This document shows, one piece after another, positions 29,494-40,450 of a stretch of DNA of 64,000 bases. The stretch is from NCBI GenBank assembly GCA_965215565.1, contig CBDCDZ010000004.1:640001-704000 (forward strand), in the 5' to 3' direction. The notes under the pieces were generated by a model. It was not told the DNA's origin and did not search any database. It saw nothing but the letters and a program-made list of their open reading frames with translations. Origin of the DNA: Trueperaceae bacterium (GTDB taxonomy: Bacteria > Deinococcota > Deinococci > Deinococcales > Trueperaceae). Positions within the stretch are counted from its first letter, which is position 1. Each line of letters starts with the position of its first letter. A program made the translations under genes and the position numbers.

Positions 29494-31053
29494 ATGGAAG
29501 GTCTCCTCATCGCCGAGCAGCTCAGGATGCTCGAGCCTCAGCTTCCCGCCTCACGCTACGCCTGGCGTTTCCCCGACCCTTACACCTTCGTCTTACCTCT
29601 TCAAAAAGGCGCGCTCTGGCTCTACAACAAGCCGCCGAACCCGCGCGCGGCGTTCAAGGACGAGGTGCCTCCAGCGAGAGGGTCGCACACCGGCTTTCAG
29701 GATTTGTTGGTAGCGAGGGCTTCGGGCAGGCTCGAGGGCGTAACCCAACCCAAGCTCGACCGCGCCCTGTCGCTCCACTTCGCCGCCGCCGAGGGCTTCG
29801 TCAGCACGCCGCCCGTGGTGCTCATCGCCGAACTGACCGGGCGCAACTGCAACCTTATCCTGACGGATACGGACGGACTCATCCTGGGCGTTGCGAGAGA
29901 AGTCACCTCTGAGATCAACCGCTTCCGCCAGCTCCGCGCCGGTCTGCGCTATCAGCCGCCGCCGCCATACGAAAAGTTGGACCCAAGAACCGTGCCAGAC
30001 GAAGCGCTCAAAGAGGCGCTGGCAGGGCGCACCTTAAATAATGTCCGCAAAGTCGTGGACGGCGTCGGACCGGACCTCACGCGGGCGCTGTCGCTGCAAA
30101 CGGGCTTTGCGAAAGATTACAGAGTAGAGGGCGCGGACGCGGACACGCTCCTAGCCGCCCTGCGCCGCCTCGCGAAAGAGCCGAGCGGCGTGATGCGCGA
30201 GGTGGTGGGACTGCCCGACCTCGAGACGGTGCGCGAGACGGAGGCGCGCGACCTCAAGCTCCAGCGGCTCAGGAGCGCGCTGGAGAAGCAGCGCCACCTT
30301 TTGGAGAAGCGCTTAGACGACATCGAGAAGACGCGCAGAGCCGCCGCCGAAACGGACGCGCTGCGCGCTCAGGCGGACGTGCTCATGGCGTTTCAAAAGC
30401 AGGTGCCGCCGCACGCGGATGAGGTGACGCTGACTGGCTTTGCGGGAGAAACGCTCAACATTGAACTCGAGCCCCGCTTGGACGCTATCGGCAACGCCCA
30501 AGCTCTTTATGAGCGGGCCAAGAAGCGCGAGCAGCGGCAGACCCAAGCGGAAGCGAGGGAGGAAGACATCTTTACTGAGCTGGAAAAAGTGGAGGATTTA
30601 TTGGAAGAATTGGCGTCCCTCTCCCCCACCCGCTTAGACGACCTCTCCGAAACCTACATTGTTAAACCAAAAAAACAGGTGAGGGCACAGCCCGGTATTC
30701 GCTATAAAAGCCCGCAAGGGTATAACGTCCTCGTTGGACGCAACTCCCGCGACAACGACACCATCACCTTTCGCTTGGCACGGAGCCGCGACGTATGGCT
30801 GCACGTGCAGGGCTACACGGGCTCACACGTCGTCGTTCAGGCGGAGAATAAAGAGGTTCCCTTCGAGACCGTGCTCTACGCCGCGCAGCTCGCCGCTGCG
30901 TACTCCAAAGCGGGAGGGTCTGACAACGTACCTGTAGACTACACCCTTAAAAAAAACGTCTGGAAACCCAAAGGTGCGCCCGCTGGCGCGGTGAATTTCA
31001 CCCAGCAGAAAACGGTCTACGTCACGCCGAGCCGCCGCCCCGAGGCGGTCTAA
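29494..31053 (+). CDS. rqcH: RqcH/NFACT (Rqc2) ribosome quality-control factor
   Basis: LDR..., ELTGRNCN, VGRN...ND, WLHV....GSHV and VDYT motifs. Confidence 0.88.
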   Translation: MEGLLIAEQLRMLEPQLPASRYAWRFPDPYTFVLPLQKGALWLYNKPPNPRAAFKDEVPPARGSHTGFQDLLVARASGRLEGVTQPKLDRALSLHFAAAEGFVSTPPVVLIAELTGRNCNLILTDTDGLILGVAREVTSEINRFRQLRAGLRYQPPPPYEKLDPRTVPDEALKEALAGRTLNNVRKVVDGVGPDLTRALSLQTGFAKDYRVEGADADTLLAALRRLAKEPSGVMREVVGLPDLETVRETEARDLKLQRLRSALEKQRHLLEKRLDDIEKTRRAAAETDALRAQADVLMAFQKQVPPHADEVTLTGFAGETLNIELEPRLDAIGNAQALYERAKKREQRQTQAEAREEDIFTELEKVEDLLEELASLSPTRLDDLSETYIVKPKKQVRAQPGIRYKSPQGYNVLVGRNSRDNDTITFRLARSRDVWLHVQGYTGSHVVVQAENKEVPFETVLYAAQLAAAYSKAGGSDNVPVDYTLKKNVWKPKGAPAGAVNFTQQKTVYVTPSRRPEAV

Positions 31054-31074
31054 CGGTACGCGGTCCTGCAAGTA

Positions 31075-31185
31075 AAGCAAATAACATAAATACTGGGTTT
31101 GAATCACGCAAGTATCATTTTCTAAAGTGCGTGCTAAACTGTGTTCTCTCTTCTCAGATTGGCTCAAACCAAATGATACTTGCTA
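31075..31185. mobile_element. MITE A' copy without inserts
   Basis: Ends CCAAATGATACTTGCTA; internal GCAAGTATCATTT site is empty. Confidence 0.75.
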
Positions 31186-31470
31186 TACGTGGCTGATTCT
31201 ATAGAGTGAATCTTCTCAGAGCGGACCCGCGGTGCGCCTCAGCGCCGAAAGTGCAGGCGACGAGCAAGGGGAGGCGCGAGCGCCCCGGTTCAGTGCGGTA
31301 TATCACACCAGTGAGAAACTTTACATATGAGTAGGGGTACTGCGACGGTATAGTTGTACCAGGTAAGCAAGCCACCTTTGCAGTCGCCGCGCTTTCACCC
31401 TACTTCTTTGCGCGCCTGTAACGAGGACATCGACACCGCAAGATAGACCTAAAGGAGTAGCTTTCCTCTC

Positions 31471-32583
31471 ATGCTGTCACCACCCGACCACCAAGCGTCG
31501 CCACTCTTCGAGCGCAAGTACTACGTGGCGCTGGCGCTCTTTGGCATCACAGCGGCGCTGACCGAGCTGCTCTTTTTAGGGGGAGAATCGCCCTTAGGTT
31601 CGGTTTTTCTAGGCCTATTTATCGTGTTTAACTTAGGGCTTTTGGTCCTGCCACGCAGGTGGCTGGGGCGGCGTCTTTATGAGAGTTTGCCCTACGCCTA
31701 CTTCGGGTTGCTCTTCCCACTCTGGCTCGTGGCGCTCTACGGGATCGACCAAGATATCTACGCGCTCGTCGGGCTCCTCTCCATCAAGGTCTATCTCACG
31801 GTCTACTACGCGCTGACCTTTCTTATCCTCCCGCCGCCCAAAGCGCTTCGCTTTACGCTGCTCGTCCTCGCTGTGTTCGTCGCCTCGAGCCTGCCTAGCG
31901 TCGCCACCGCAAGTTTAACGAGCATCAACTTACTCATCCCCCTCACGATGACGCTCGCGCATGTCATGCTGATTTTCGCCCTCAACGCCTTTGCCCGCCT
32001 CGAGCCTGAACTGCGCAGGACGCGCCGCAACGCGGAGCAGTTAGAGCGTCTGGCGTACCACGACTTCTTAACGGGCATCGCCAACCGCCGTCAGGTCGAG
32101 GTCTTGGCGCAAATTGCCCTCGCCTCGGCGCAGCGGCGGCGCGAGAGCTTCTCCGTCTTGATGCTCGACATCGACCGCTTCAAGCAGGTCAACGACACGT
32201 ACGGTCACTACGTCGGCGACGAGATTTTGCGCGAACTCGCCGCTAGGCTTAGAGGCGAGTTGCGCGAGAGCGACATCTTTGGGCGTTGGGGCGGCGAGGA
32301 GTTCATCGTCATCACGCCTGTATCCGCAACGGAGGAGGGGCGCGCCCTCGGCGAGCGGCTCAGGCTGAGCCTCAGAGCGAGACCGCTCGCCAAACGTCAC
32401 AAGGTCACAGTAAGTTGCGGCGTGGCGAGCTACAGGCCGGGCGACTCGCTAGATACGCTCATAAGCAGGGCTGACGCCGCGCTCTACCGCGCCAAGGAGG
32501 GTGGGCGAGACCGAGTTGCCGTCTCCGAATTCGATAGGGTGGACCTCAGCTCTCCTGCTGGCTCGCCTCCGAGCCGTGTTTAG
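31471..32583 (+). CDS. Membrane diguanylate cyclase (GGEEF)
   Basis: N-terminal TM helices; DIDRFK, RESD I-site and RWGGEEF. Confidence 0.92.
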   Translation: MLSPPDHQASPLFERKYYVALALFGITAALTELLFLGGESPLGSVFLGLFIVFNLGLLVLPRRWLGRRLYESLPYAYFGLLFPLWLVALYGIDQDIYALVGLLSIKVYLTVYYALTFLILPPPKALRFTLLVLAVFVASSLPSVATASLTSINLLIPLTMTLAHVMLIFALNAFARLEPELRRTRRNAEQLERLAYHDFLTGIANRRQVEVLAQIALASAQRRRESFSVLMLDIDRFKQVNDTYGHYVGDEILRELAARLRGELRESDIFGRWGGEEFIVITPVSATEEGRALGERLRLSLRARPLAKRHKVTVSCGVASYRPGDSLDTLISRADAALYRAKEGGRDRVAVSEFDRVDLSSPAGSPPSRV

Positions 32584-32902
32584 CCTCTTCGGACGCCCTC
32601 TCCTCCTCGTCTGCGTCTTCTGAATCGTCCACCGCACCCGTCGAGGCTTTCGCCACCTCTTCCGCCTCCTCCGGGTCTTGGGTCTCCTCGCCGGGTCCGT
32701 GTTCGATAGAGGAGCGGAAATAAGGTCCGGTGGACTTAATCTTGAGGTTGCGCAAAAAGACTTGGGTGCGCTCTTCGTCGTCGGTCTGGAGGGTGTGACC
32801 ACCCTCGAGATACACCGTCAGACTCCCGTCCTTATGCGTATACGCAACAATGCGCTCTTGCCCTAAAATGATCTGCCCGTTGCCTAAGTCGATCTCTTCC
32901 AT
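32546..32902 (-). CDS. Hypothetical protein with an acidic tail
   Basis: Plausible RBS (AAGGGG) and protein-like N-terminal domain. Confidence 0.6.
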   Translation of the reverse strand: MEEIDLGNGQIILGQERIVAYTHKDGSLTVYLEGGHTLQTDDEERTQVFLRNLKIKSTGPYFRSSIEHGPGEETQDPEEAEEVAKASTGAVDDSEDADEEERASEEAKHGSEASQQES

Positions 32903-33113
32903 GTTTCCCCTTAATATTGCGACGTGCTGCTAAAGTGTTGCTTTAATAGCTGACAGAAAGCGATTAGCTTTTAGCTGTTAGGTATTGGCAAAACCCTTTA
33001 AGCTAAAAGCCAATGGCTAAGCGCTAACAGCTTTTCATCTCGAGTTTCTACTCACATCACAGTGCCTATAACGGGATGCTACCCCCTGCGCATCTATAAT
33101 GGGCTGCTACCCC

Positions 33114-34034
33114 CTACGCCTTCCCCGCCGACTTAAACAACTCCATCCGCTTTTTCACCACATTCTTCATCTCATCCCTCGCTGGTCCCAAAATCTTGCG
33201 CGGGTCGAACTCTTCGGGCTTGTTGATTAAAATTTCGCGCACTCTGGTTGTAAAGGCTAAGCGAAGGTCCGTATCTGTGTTGATTTTCGCAATGCCTTCC
33301 GTGACAGCTTTCTCCACATCCTCTTCGTGGATGCCGGAGGCGTATTCAAGCTGCCCCCCCGCCGCACGGAGCCGCTCGACGATGTCGTTGGGCACGCCGC
33401 TCGCCCCGTGCATGACGAGAGGTTGGGGGAGGCGATTCGCAATCTCTACAATGCGCTCGTGGTCGATGTAGGGGCGTCCTTTCCCCTTGTTCGCACCGTG
33501 AGAGGTGCCGATAGCGACGGCAAGATAATCTGCCCCGCTCTGCTCCATAAACCGCTCGGCTTCGTCAGGTTTAGTGAGAATCGCGTCCTCTTCGGAAACG
33601 ACGACGTGCTCTTCAACGCCACCCAAACGCCCGATCTCCGCCTCGACGGTCGCACCAACGGCGTGCGCCGCCTCGACGACGCGCTTCGTCTCCCTGATAT
33701 TCGTCTCTTCATCCTCATGCGACTTGTCGATCATCACCGAGGTGAGCCCGTAGCGGAGCGAGCGCAAGCACGACTCGTAGGAGGAGCCGTGGTCTAAGTG
33801 AACGCAGACAGGCACGCTCGCCTCGTCGCCCAGTTTGACCACCATATCCACCAAATCCTTGCCGCCGTACTTGATTGCGCCCTCAGAAAGCGCCAAAAGG
33901 ACAGGACTTCTCGTCTCCTCCGCCGCCTCCAAAATCGCTTGAGTAATTTCCATGTTGTTCGTGTTGAACGCGCCGACGCCGTAGTTGCCCTTGCGGGCCG
34001 CTGCTAAGATGTCTAAACCTGTGTGAAGTGCCAT
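33114..34034 (-). CDS. fba: Class II fructose-bisphosphate aldolase
   Basis: HLDHG, SVMID, EAEIG, GTSHG, HGAS and KINTDTD motifs. Confidence 0.95.
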   Translation of the reverse strand: MALHTGLDILAAARKGNYGVGAFNTNNMEITQAILEAAEETRSPVLLALSEGAIKYGGKDLVDMVVKLGDEASVPVCVHLDHGSSYESCLRSLRYGLTSVMIDKSHEDEETNIRETKRVVEAAHAVGATVEAEIGRLGGVEEHVVVSEEDAILTKPDEAERFMEQSGADYLAVAIGTSHGANKGKGRPYIDHERIVEIANRLPQPLVMHGASGVPNDIVERLRAAGGQLEYASGIHEEDVEKAVTEGIAKINTDTDLRLAFTTRVREILINKPEEFDPRKILGPARDEMKNVVKKRMELFKSAGKA

Positions 34035-34089
34035 GCGTGAAGTATAGCTTACCGTCTGCCCAAGAGGTCAACAGCGGTAGAGATGGGGA

Positions 34090-34408
34090 TTGGTGGAGTT
34101 GTCTTTTACCGCACGGCAAAGGTGGCAAAAAATATTTGACCTTTGGTATGTCTCACGACTTGCGTAAGCGAGGGGGCTACGATGTGTCTGTCATCGGTAT
34201 AGCTCCTGGCTGGCTACGCAATGAGCAGTTTAAGCAACACCTTGAGACAGGTATGCTTGCTCGAGAAGACCTGAAACATACCGAATCTATAGAAAGCGTG
34301 GGCAGAGCTGTTATTGCCCTGGCGACTGACCGCAACGTTCATGAAAAGTCAGGGAAGACAATCTTAGTGCGTGACCTAGCTGCGGAGTACGGGTTCGATT
34401 ATAAGTAG
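34090..34408 (+). pseudogene. C-terminal fragment of a DHRS1-like SDR
   Basis: PGWLRNE...TES...VGRAVIALATD...SGK....DLA.EYGF; N-terminus missing; start approximate. Confidence 0.6.
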
Positions 34409-34469
34409 AAACCCCTTCCCAAATACGGAAGGGGTCAAATACACGAAGTTATTTAGGGTTGAGCAATAC

Positions 34470-35060
34470 TTACGCCTTCTGCGCCAACTTCTCTAGCACC
34501 AACTTCGACACGCCGCGCAAGGGCTCAAAGACACCCTCGAACTTAGCGGCGACTGCGTCATAAAACTGGACCGTACCCGTCGGGTCGAGCACCTGCTTGA
34601 TCATCTCGGAAGGCACGGCGTTCGGCAAATCACGCTTGTTGATCTGGATGACGTAAGGGATTTCGCCCAGCGTGAGGTTGTACTCTTTGAGGTTCTCGCG
34701 CAGGTTGCGCAGGCTTTCCGCGTTGGCGCGGAGGCGGTCAGGACCGGAGTCCGCGACGAAGACGATACCGTCCACACCGCGCAAGATGAGCTTGCGCGAG
34801 GAGTTATAGAAAACCTGTCCGGGGACCGTGTAGAGGTGAAAGCGCGTCTTAAAACCGTTGACGCTGCCCAAGTCGAGAGGTAGGAAATCGAAGAAGAGCG
34901 TGCGCTCGTCCTCCGTCGCGAGGCTAACCATCTCACCTTTGCTCTCATCGGGGACTTTCTCGTAAATTTTCTTGATGTTCGTCGTCTTACCCGACATACC
35001 ACAGCCGTAGTAAACGATCTTAAAGTTGATTTCGCGGGCGGCAAAGTTAATGGTGCTCAT
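34470..35060 (-). CDS. mglA: MglA small Ras-like GTPase
   Basis: KIVYYG.G.SGKTT, RTLFFDF, YTVPGQ and NKRD motifs. Confidence 0.95.
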   Translation of the reverse strand: MSTINFAAREINFKIVYYGCGMSGKTTNIKKIYEKVPDESKGEMVSLATEDERTLFFDFLPLDLGSVNGFKTRFHLYTVPGQVFYNSSRKLILRGVDGIVFVADSGPDRLRANAESLRNLRENLKEYNLTLGEIPYVIQINKRDLPNAVPSEMIKQVLDPTGTVQFYDAVAAKFEGVFEPLRGVSKLVLEKLAQKA

Positions 35061-35554
35061 GCGTCTTTCCCAAAGATTCCGTCGAGAAGTGAGTCGGTGG
35101 AGCCTTTCCAGGCGTCGTCAAAAGCGAGTTCGGGGGGCGCGTCGGTGGAGTTGGCGAGCGCCTCGCGAATGGCCTCGACCGTCTTTTTCGTGAACAGCTT
35201 GACCTTGCCGAGCGCCGAAGAGGAGTCAAACACGGTGATGAGGAGCGCCTTTTCGCCGAGTTCTTCGATGTAGGTGCCGATTTCGCTGCCCTGCTGCACC
35301 ATCTCGCGGAAGCCCGGCTCACCCAAAAGTTGAGCGATGGCGGCGTTCGCGGAGTAGTTCGAGGCGACTAAAGTGGCGAGCGAGTCCAAGGAGGGGGGCT
35401 TAGGAGCCCACAGCGCGCGGTTATGCATGAGGACGAAACCTTTGAGGTCGATGACTAGCGCGTAGCGCGCGTGCGTCTTGGTCAACAACTCTTCCAAGAG
35501 CGCGTCCACCTTATCAAAGGTCTCGCCGTAGAGTTCTAGGGACGGTTCTAACAT
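35057..35554 (-). CDS. mglB: MglB roadblock/LC7 GAP
   Basis: [11 protein letters not shown] and LGKVKL motifs; coupled to mglA; TATAGT-N7-ATG. Confidence 0.9.
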   Translation of the reverse strand: MLEPSLELYGETFDKVDALLEELLTKTHARYALVIDLKGFVLMHNRALWAPKPPSLDSLATLVASNYSANAAIAQLLGEPGFREMVQQGSEIGTYIEELGEKALLITVFDSSSALGKVKLFTKKTVEAIREALANSTDAPPELAFDDAWKGSTDSLLDGIFGKDA

Positions 35555-35660
35555 AAGGTTGACTATACGGGTACGAGGAGCGATGTGACGTGGAAATCTG
35601 CATTTGTGAGAGGGAGAGTGTACCGACGTCACAACTGGGAGAGATTGGGGCGCAGATAGG

Positions 35661-35730
35661 TAGCAATGAGCAACGAGCAATGAGTAAAACCTTTTGGACT
35701 CATTGCTCGTTGCTTTCAACTCATTGCTTT
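35661..35730. repeat. Heptamer-built hairpin repeat, copy 4
   Basis: agcaacgagcaatgagt...actcattgctcgttgct. Confidence 0.75.
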
Positions 35731-35789
35731 TTTCTAGCAAGCAAGCTTACAGCGATAGGTCTCTTTAGAGGTCATGCTCGAGTTTATAG

Positions 35790-36392
35790 ATGGAAACACC
35801 CGACCTCAACGTCGTCATCGTCGCCTTAGATCCTCTCGTACGCATGGGACTAGCGGCGGCGCTGGGGTCCGAACTCGAGATAGTCGGACAAACTGCAACC
35901 TTAGCAGAAGCAGACCTCTTCGAGCCTGACGTGATTCTGTGGGACTTTAACGTAGACAAAAATAAAGAGGTGGACGAAGAGGTGGACGCACTCAGCGTGC
36001 CTATCGTCGCCCTCATTCAAGAGGTTGAGGTGAGTGTGACGGACGCGCTGAATGCAGGTGCAACGGGCGTTCTCTACAGGAACGCTGAGGCTGACAAAAT
36101 CGTCGCCGCGCTTCAGGCAGCGTTGAAGGGGTTGGTGGTGCTCGAGCCTACCCTCACCTCTTCGTTACAAGAGGTTGTCTCAGACATCAACGTTGAACCT
36201 CTCACCGCCAGAGAGCAAGAGGTCTTGCAACTGCTCGCGCAGGGCGCGTCGAATAAAACCGTCGCTAAGGAACTGGGCATCAGCGAGTCCACCGCGAAGT
36301 TTCACACGAGCGCGATTTTGGGGAAGTTGGGCGCGAAGAGTCGGACGGAGGCAGTGGTTAGAGCAGCGCAGTTGGGGTTGATTCTTTTGTGA
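35790..36392 (+). CDS. NarL/LuxR-type response regulator with an atypical receiver
   Basis: LTAREQEVL HTH; acidic pocket and conserved Lys look degenerate. Confidence 0.85.
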   Translation: METPDLNVVIVALDPLVRMGLAAALGSELEIVGQTATLAEADLFEPDVILWDFNVDKNKEVDEEVDALSVPIVALIQEVEVSVTDALNAGATGVLYRNAEADKIVAALQAALKGLVVLEPTLTSSLQEVVSDINVEPLTAREQEVLQLLAQGASNKTVAKELGISESTAKFHTSAILGKLGAKSRTEAVVRAAQLGLILL

Positions 36393-37165
36393 CGGAAGTT
36401 ACTACTGTGCTCGAGCCCACCACTCCACCTCTTCCCGTCGTCGCCAGCATCCCGCACAGCAGCGCGTTCGTACCGGAAGAGGTCAGAGCATGTTTCGTCC
36501 CCCGATACCGCACCGCTCAACCCAACGTGGATTGGTACTTGGACAAGCTCTACGACTTCTTACCCTCGCTCGGCGTCACCGTGATTAAAGCCGACTTCAG
36601 CCGCTACGTTGCCGATGTGAACCGCCCTCTGCGCGAACCTCTTTATGGGTCTTACAAGACTTCGGTGGTCTATGAAAGCTCGACCTGGGGCGAACCTCTC
36701 TACACGCAACCTCTTGACGCAGAAGAGGTTCAGCGCCGCATCGAAACGTTTTACCTCCCCTATCACGCCAAACTAGCCGAACTTTTAGAGCGCTCGAGGC
36801 GCACCTTTGGCAAGGTTTATCTGCTCGATTTGCACAGCTTTATGGGACCGATTGCCGATGACATTTGCTTGGGCGATGATAATGGGCGCGTGAACGCTGA
36901 GACGTTGATGCCGAAGTTAGAGAGAAGTTTTCGAGGACATGGCTTTGGCGTGGTCGGAAACAAGGTCTTTACAGGTGGATATATCGTCAAGCACTATGGG
37001 CGGCTGCCGCAGACCGAAGCGGTGATGGTGGAGGTGCGTTATACAGCGTATTTACGGCACGAGGAGTTAGATAAGGATGTACCGCCAAGGGCGCAAGTGA
37101 GAGAGTTGGAGGAGGCGAAGGGGAGGTTGCGAGAGGTCTTTAAGGAGTTCTTACCTCAGTTGTGA
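36389..37165 (+). CDS. N-formylglutamate amidohydrolase family protein
   Basis: SIPHS, DW, SRYVADVNR, PYH, DLHS and GGYI motifs. Confidence 0.88.
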   Translation: MTEVTTVLEPTTPPLPVVASIPHSSAFVPEEVRACFVPRYRTAQPNVDWYLDKLYDFLPSLGVTVIKADFSRYVADVNRPLREPLYGSYKTSVVYESSTWGEPLYTQPLDAEEVQRRIETFYLPYHAKLAELLERSRRTFGKVYLLDLHSFMGPIADDICLGDDNGRVNAETLMPKLERSFRGHGFGVVGNKVFTGGYIVKHYGRLPQTEAVMVEVRYTAYLRHEELDKDVPPRAQVRELEEAKGRLREVFKEFLPQL

Positions 37166-37201
37166 CAAATATGCTTAGAAGAGAACTAGAAATAGTGAAT
37201 G

Positions 37202-37645
37202 TTAATCGTGAATTTTTTTGTAAGCGCTCTCTACTCTCGGATAAAAATACCAAAGCATCGAAAAGAGAACTGGAATTAAAAGAATAATGAAGACGATACC
37301 TGACCAGTTAGCTTGAGCAAACGTAAGAGCAAGCGCATAAGCAGAAATCAATGACATAGCAAAGAACATATTTCTGACCATCTGCCACCAGGCTGATTTA
37401 TTTTCCTCTGTAAAAGGTGCTTCGATAAGCATAGTGAGGAAGTGGTACGCAAAACCTCCAGTAAAAAGGAGAAGGGAAATCCTAACAAACGATAGGAGGT
37501 TGAAAGGGGGAGCGCCCTGGCTTGCGTCAATCACCCAGATAGTCGTAGTGCTTAGTAAAATCCAGAACACTATCGCTAACATTCGAGGTGCATCCGGCGC
37601 TATTTCAAACTTGAAGTTGTTCTTGCTGTTGAATAGGCGTCTCAC
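37202..37645 (-). CDS. AT-rich 4-TM hypothetical membrane protein
   Basis: Four hydrophobic segments; start uncertain. Confidence 0.55.
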   Translation of the reverse strand: MRRLFNSKNNFKFEIAPDAPRMLAIVFWILLSTTTIWVIDASQGAPPFNLLSFVRISLLLFTGGFAYHFLTMLIEAPFTEENKSAWWQMVRNMFFAMSLISAYALALTFAQANWSGIVFIILLIPVLFSMLWYFYPRVESAYKKIHD

Positions 37646-37704
37646 ACCGATAGTTTACTCTCTAAAAGAAAAAGTTACATCTGACTAAAATTGCATTTCA
37701 GTTA

Positions 37705-37776
37705 GGAGTATCATCCGAAGCGCTGATTCAGGCGTGGCTTAGGGAGAGGCTCGAGGACGAGAAAAACGCTGCTTGA
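37705..37776 (+). pseudogene. CopG/BrnA-like antitoxin C-terminal relic
   Basis: GVSSEALIQAWLRERLEDEKNAA*. Confidence 0.45.
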
Positions 37777-37820
37777 AAGTTCCCAAGCAGCGCCCTCTCT
37801 ACCTCTTTATTCCCCACCTC

Positions 37821-39941
37821 TTAACGCGGCGGCACCGCCTTCAGCACCGAGAGCTGTCTAGGCGGCAAGACGATTCGCGAGCCCGCGTTAAGGTAGCGGG
37901 TGCGCCTGCGCCGCGCTTCGGTGGCCCAGACCTCTTCCCAGAGCCAACTAGGTTCGTTGGGCGGCTCGGGTAATATAAAGCGGCTGGCCTGTTTGCCGTG
38001 AAAGAGCATCAAAAAAGTTTCGTGCTCGGGTGTGCCGCCGCGCATGAGTTCGCTCGAGGCTTCGCCGCACAGCAGCATCCCCAACCCCTTGAGCTTAGGG
38101 TCGTTCCAGTCGCCGTCAGCCATCTCGCGCCCGTCCGAATGCCACCACGATACGTCGCGGCAACCTTCCTCTTCGCGCCCGGTCAGGAAGTGGCGACGGT
38201 GAAAGACGGGGTGCGCCTTGCGAAAGGCGATGAGGTCTTTAACGAACGAGAGGAACTTCCGCTCGCGCTCGTCCAAGCTCCAGTCGTACCAGTTGAGTTC
38301 GTTGTCTTGGCAATAGGTGTTGTTGTTGCCACCTTTCGTGCGCGAGAGTTCGTCGCCGCCCAGCATCATCGGCGTGCCCTGCGAGAGAAAGAGCGTCGCC
38401 AAAAAGGTGCGCTTGCGCGTTTCGCGGTCGCGTAAGACGTTTTCGTCCTCGCTCTCGCCCTCTTCACCGCCGTTATAGCTCATGTTGTGGTCTTCGCCGT
38501 CGCGGTTGTCTTCACCGTTGGCTTCGTTGTGCTTCTGGTTGTAGCTGACCAGGTCTTGCAGCGTGAAGCCGTCGTGCGCGGTGATGAAGTTCACTGAGTG
38601 ATACGGTCTGCGCCCGTTGTGCGCGTAGAGGTCGCTGCTGCCCGTGGTGCGCGTAGCAAGTTCGGGCGTTGAGCCCGCGTCGCCGCCGCCATGCCAGTAG
38701 CCGCGCACCGTGTCGCGGTAGCGCCCGTTCCACTCGGCCCAGTACCAGGGGTAGCCGCCGACTTGGTAGCCGTACGGACCGATGTCCCAGGGCTCTGCGA
38801 CGAGCTTGACCTTGGATAAAACCGGGTCTTGCTCGAAGGCCTGCATCATAACCGAGCGCATCTCCACATCGTGCTGTTCGCGAGCCAAGGTTGTCGCGAG
38901 GTCGAAGCGGAAGCCGTCCACCTGCATCTCCTGGACCCAGTAGCGCAGCGAGTCGGTGATGAGCCGTACGACTTGGGGATGCCCGGCGTCGAGCGTGTTA
39001 CCTGTGCCCGTATAGTCCATATAAAAGCGGGCGTCTTCGGGGTTCATCTTGTAGTAGCTGTGGTTGTCGATGCCCTTGAATGAGAGCGTCGGTCCCATGT
39101 GATTGCCTTCGCCCGTATGGTTGTAGACGACGTCCATGATGACCTCTAAGCCCGCGTCGTGCAGGGCGCGCACCATCATCTTGAATTCGCGCACCGCCAT
39201 CTTGGGGTCATGCGCATAAGAGGGTTCGGGGGCGAAGTAGTTGAGCGGGTTGTAACCCCAGTAGTTCGACAAACCCTGCTCAACCAAGTAGCGGTCGTTG
39301 GTAAAGGCTTGGCAGGGGAGCAGTTCGATAGAGGTGACGCCCAACGAGGTGAGGTGCTCGATGATGGGCTCCGAGGCGAGCCCTAAGTACGTCCCGCGAA
39401 GGGCTTCGGGCACGTCGGGGTGAAGCTTGCTGATGCCCTTGACGTGGGTTTCGTAGAAGATAGTCTCTTCCCAGGGGACGTTCGGGCGGCGGTGATCGCC
39501 CCAGGCAAAGGCGTCCTCGACGACCATTCCGAGGGGTGCATAAGGGGCGCTATCCGCGCCACTCATGGCGAGGTCTTCGTTTTCATCACCGACCTCATAG
39601 CCGAACAGCGCGTCGTCCCAGGTGAGAGAGCGTCCCAGCGCTTTGGCGTAAGGGTCTAGGAGAACCTTGTTGGGGTTGAAGCGGTGGCCGTTTGTAGGGT
39701 CGTAGGGTCCGTGGACGCGGTAGCCGTAGAGCTGACCCGGACGCACACCGGGCAAGAAGCCGTGCCAGACAGGTCCGGTGCGTTCAGGTAGCGTGACGCA
39801 GCTCGCTTCTTCCGTGTCGTCAGGATGGTTGAATAGGAGCAACTCGACGCGCTCGGCGTGTTGGCTGCTGAGGGCGAAGTTGACGCCCAAGCCGTTCCAG
39901 GTTGCGCCCAAGGGGTAGGGGTGTCCAGGTCGTAAAATCAT
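37821..39941 (-). CDS. glgX: Glycogen debranching enzyme
   Basis: [24 protein letters not shown] and TAHDGFTL motifs; TAGCAT-N7-ATG. Confidence 0.95.
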   Translation of the reverse strand: MILRPGHPYPLGATWNGLGVNFALSSQHAERVELLLFNHPDDTEEASCVTLPERTGPVWHGFLPGVRPGQLYGYRVHGPYDPTNGHRFNPNKVLLDPYAKALGRSLTWDDALFGYEVGDENEDLAMSGADSAPYAPLGMVVEDAFAWGDHRRPNVPWEETIFYETHVKGISKLHPDVPEALRGTYLGLASEPIIEHLTSLGVTSIELLPCQAFTNDRYLVEQGLSNYWGYNPLNYFAPEPSYAHDPKMAVREFKMMVRALHDAGLEVIMDVVYNHTGEGNHMGPTLSFKGIDNHSYYKMNPEDARFYMDYTGTGNTLDAGHPQVVRLITDSLRYWVQEMQVDGFRFDLATTLAREQHDVEMRSVMMQAFEQDPVLSKVKLVAEPWDIGPYGYQVGGYPWYWAEWNGRYRDTVRGYWHGGGDAGSTPELATRTTGSSDLYAHNGRRPYHSVNFITAHDGFTLQDLVSYNQKHNEANGEDNRDGEDHNMSYNGGEEGESEDENVLRDRETRKRTFLATLFLSQGTPMMLGGDELSRTKGGNNNTYCQDNELNWYDWSLDERERKFLSFVKDLIAFRKAHPVFHRRHFLTGREEEGCRDVSWWHSDGREMADGDWNDPKLKGLGMLLCGEASSELMRGGTPEHETFLMLFHGKQASRFILPEPPNEPSWLWEEVWATEARRRRTRYLNAGSRIVLPPRQLSVLKAVPPR

Positions 39942-40450
39942 CCTCACCATGCTACGTTGCAAGGTCTTTTACAAAGGCGTGAAGCTTACAATTTCAGGTG
40001 ACGTGTCCGCAAAAGCAGGGTTTGCCGAGAGGTATCTCTGCTGCCTACGTCATATGTAATGTATAGCCTATGTACAGTCTGGGCTACGCTTTAGGGCAAA
40101 CTCGAGCTGCAGACCCCAGCAACGAGGTTACCGACGCGCAGCGAGGCTCAGAGCGGACCACCAAACTGAATGAAGACAGTGTCATGCTCCTATCAGAAAA
40201 AGAGAGGGTGTTCCCCATACAATGTTCGGGAGTGACGAACGCAGATAGAGCCACGGTGCCAACTTGCTACAGTGAAAGTTTGGGTGAAACTTCGTCAGAA
40301 CGAAACGCCACTGTAGCAAAACCGTGACGAAGCTGTGACGAAAAGCCTGCGCCCGAGCGGGCGTCTTCGTTACCCTTGTAGACACAGCGCTCATCCGAAA
40401 CAGGAGGGCGGACTCCAAACCACACGCATCACGACTCCAACAGGAGGATC

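Noticed and set aside
35555..35740. Long N-terminal extensions of mglB, lpdA, DUF402, DUF1990 and the 59236 ORF
   Set aside because: They run through repeats or neighbouring genes; better starts with a -10 box or RBS lie downstream
40260..40375. Possible c-di-GMP-II riboswitch before the lyase-like gene
   Set aside because: GAAGCTGTGACG is present but the downstream motifs are missing; the adjacent hairpin looks like repeat debris
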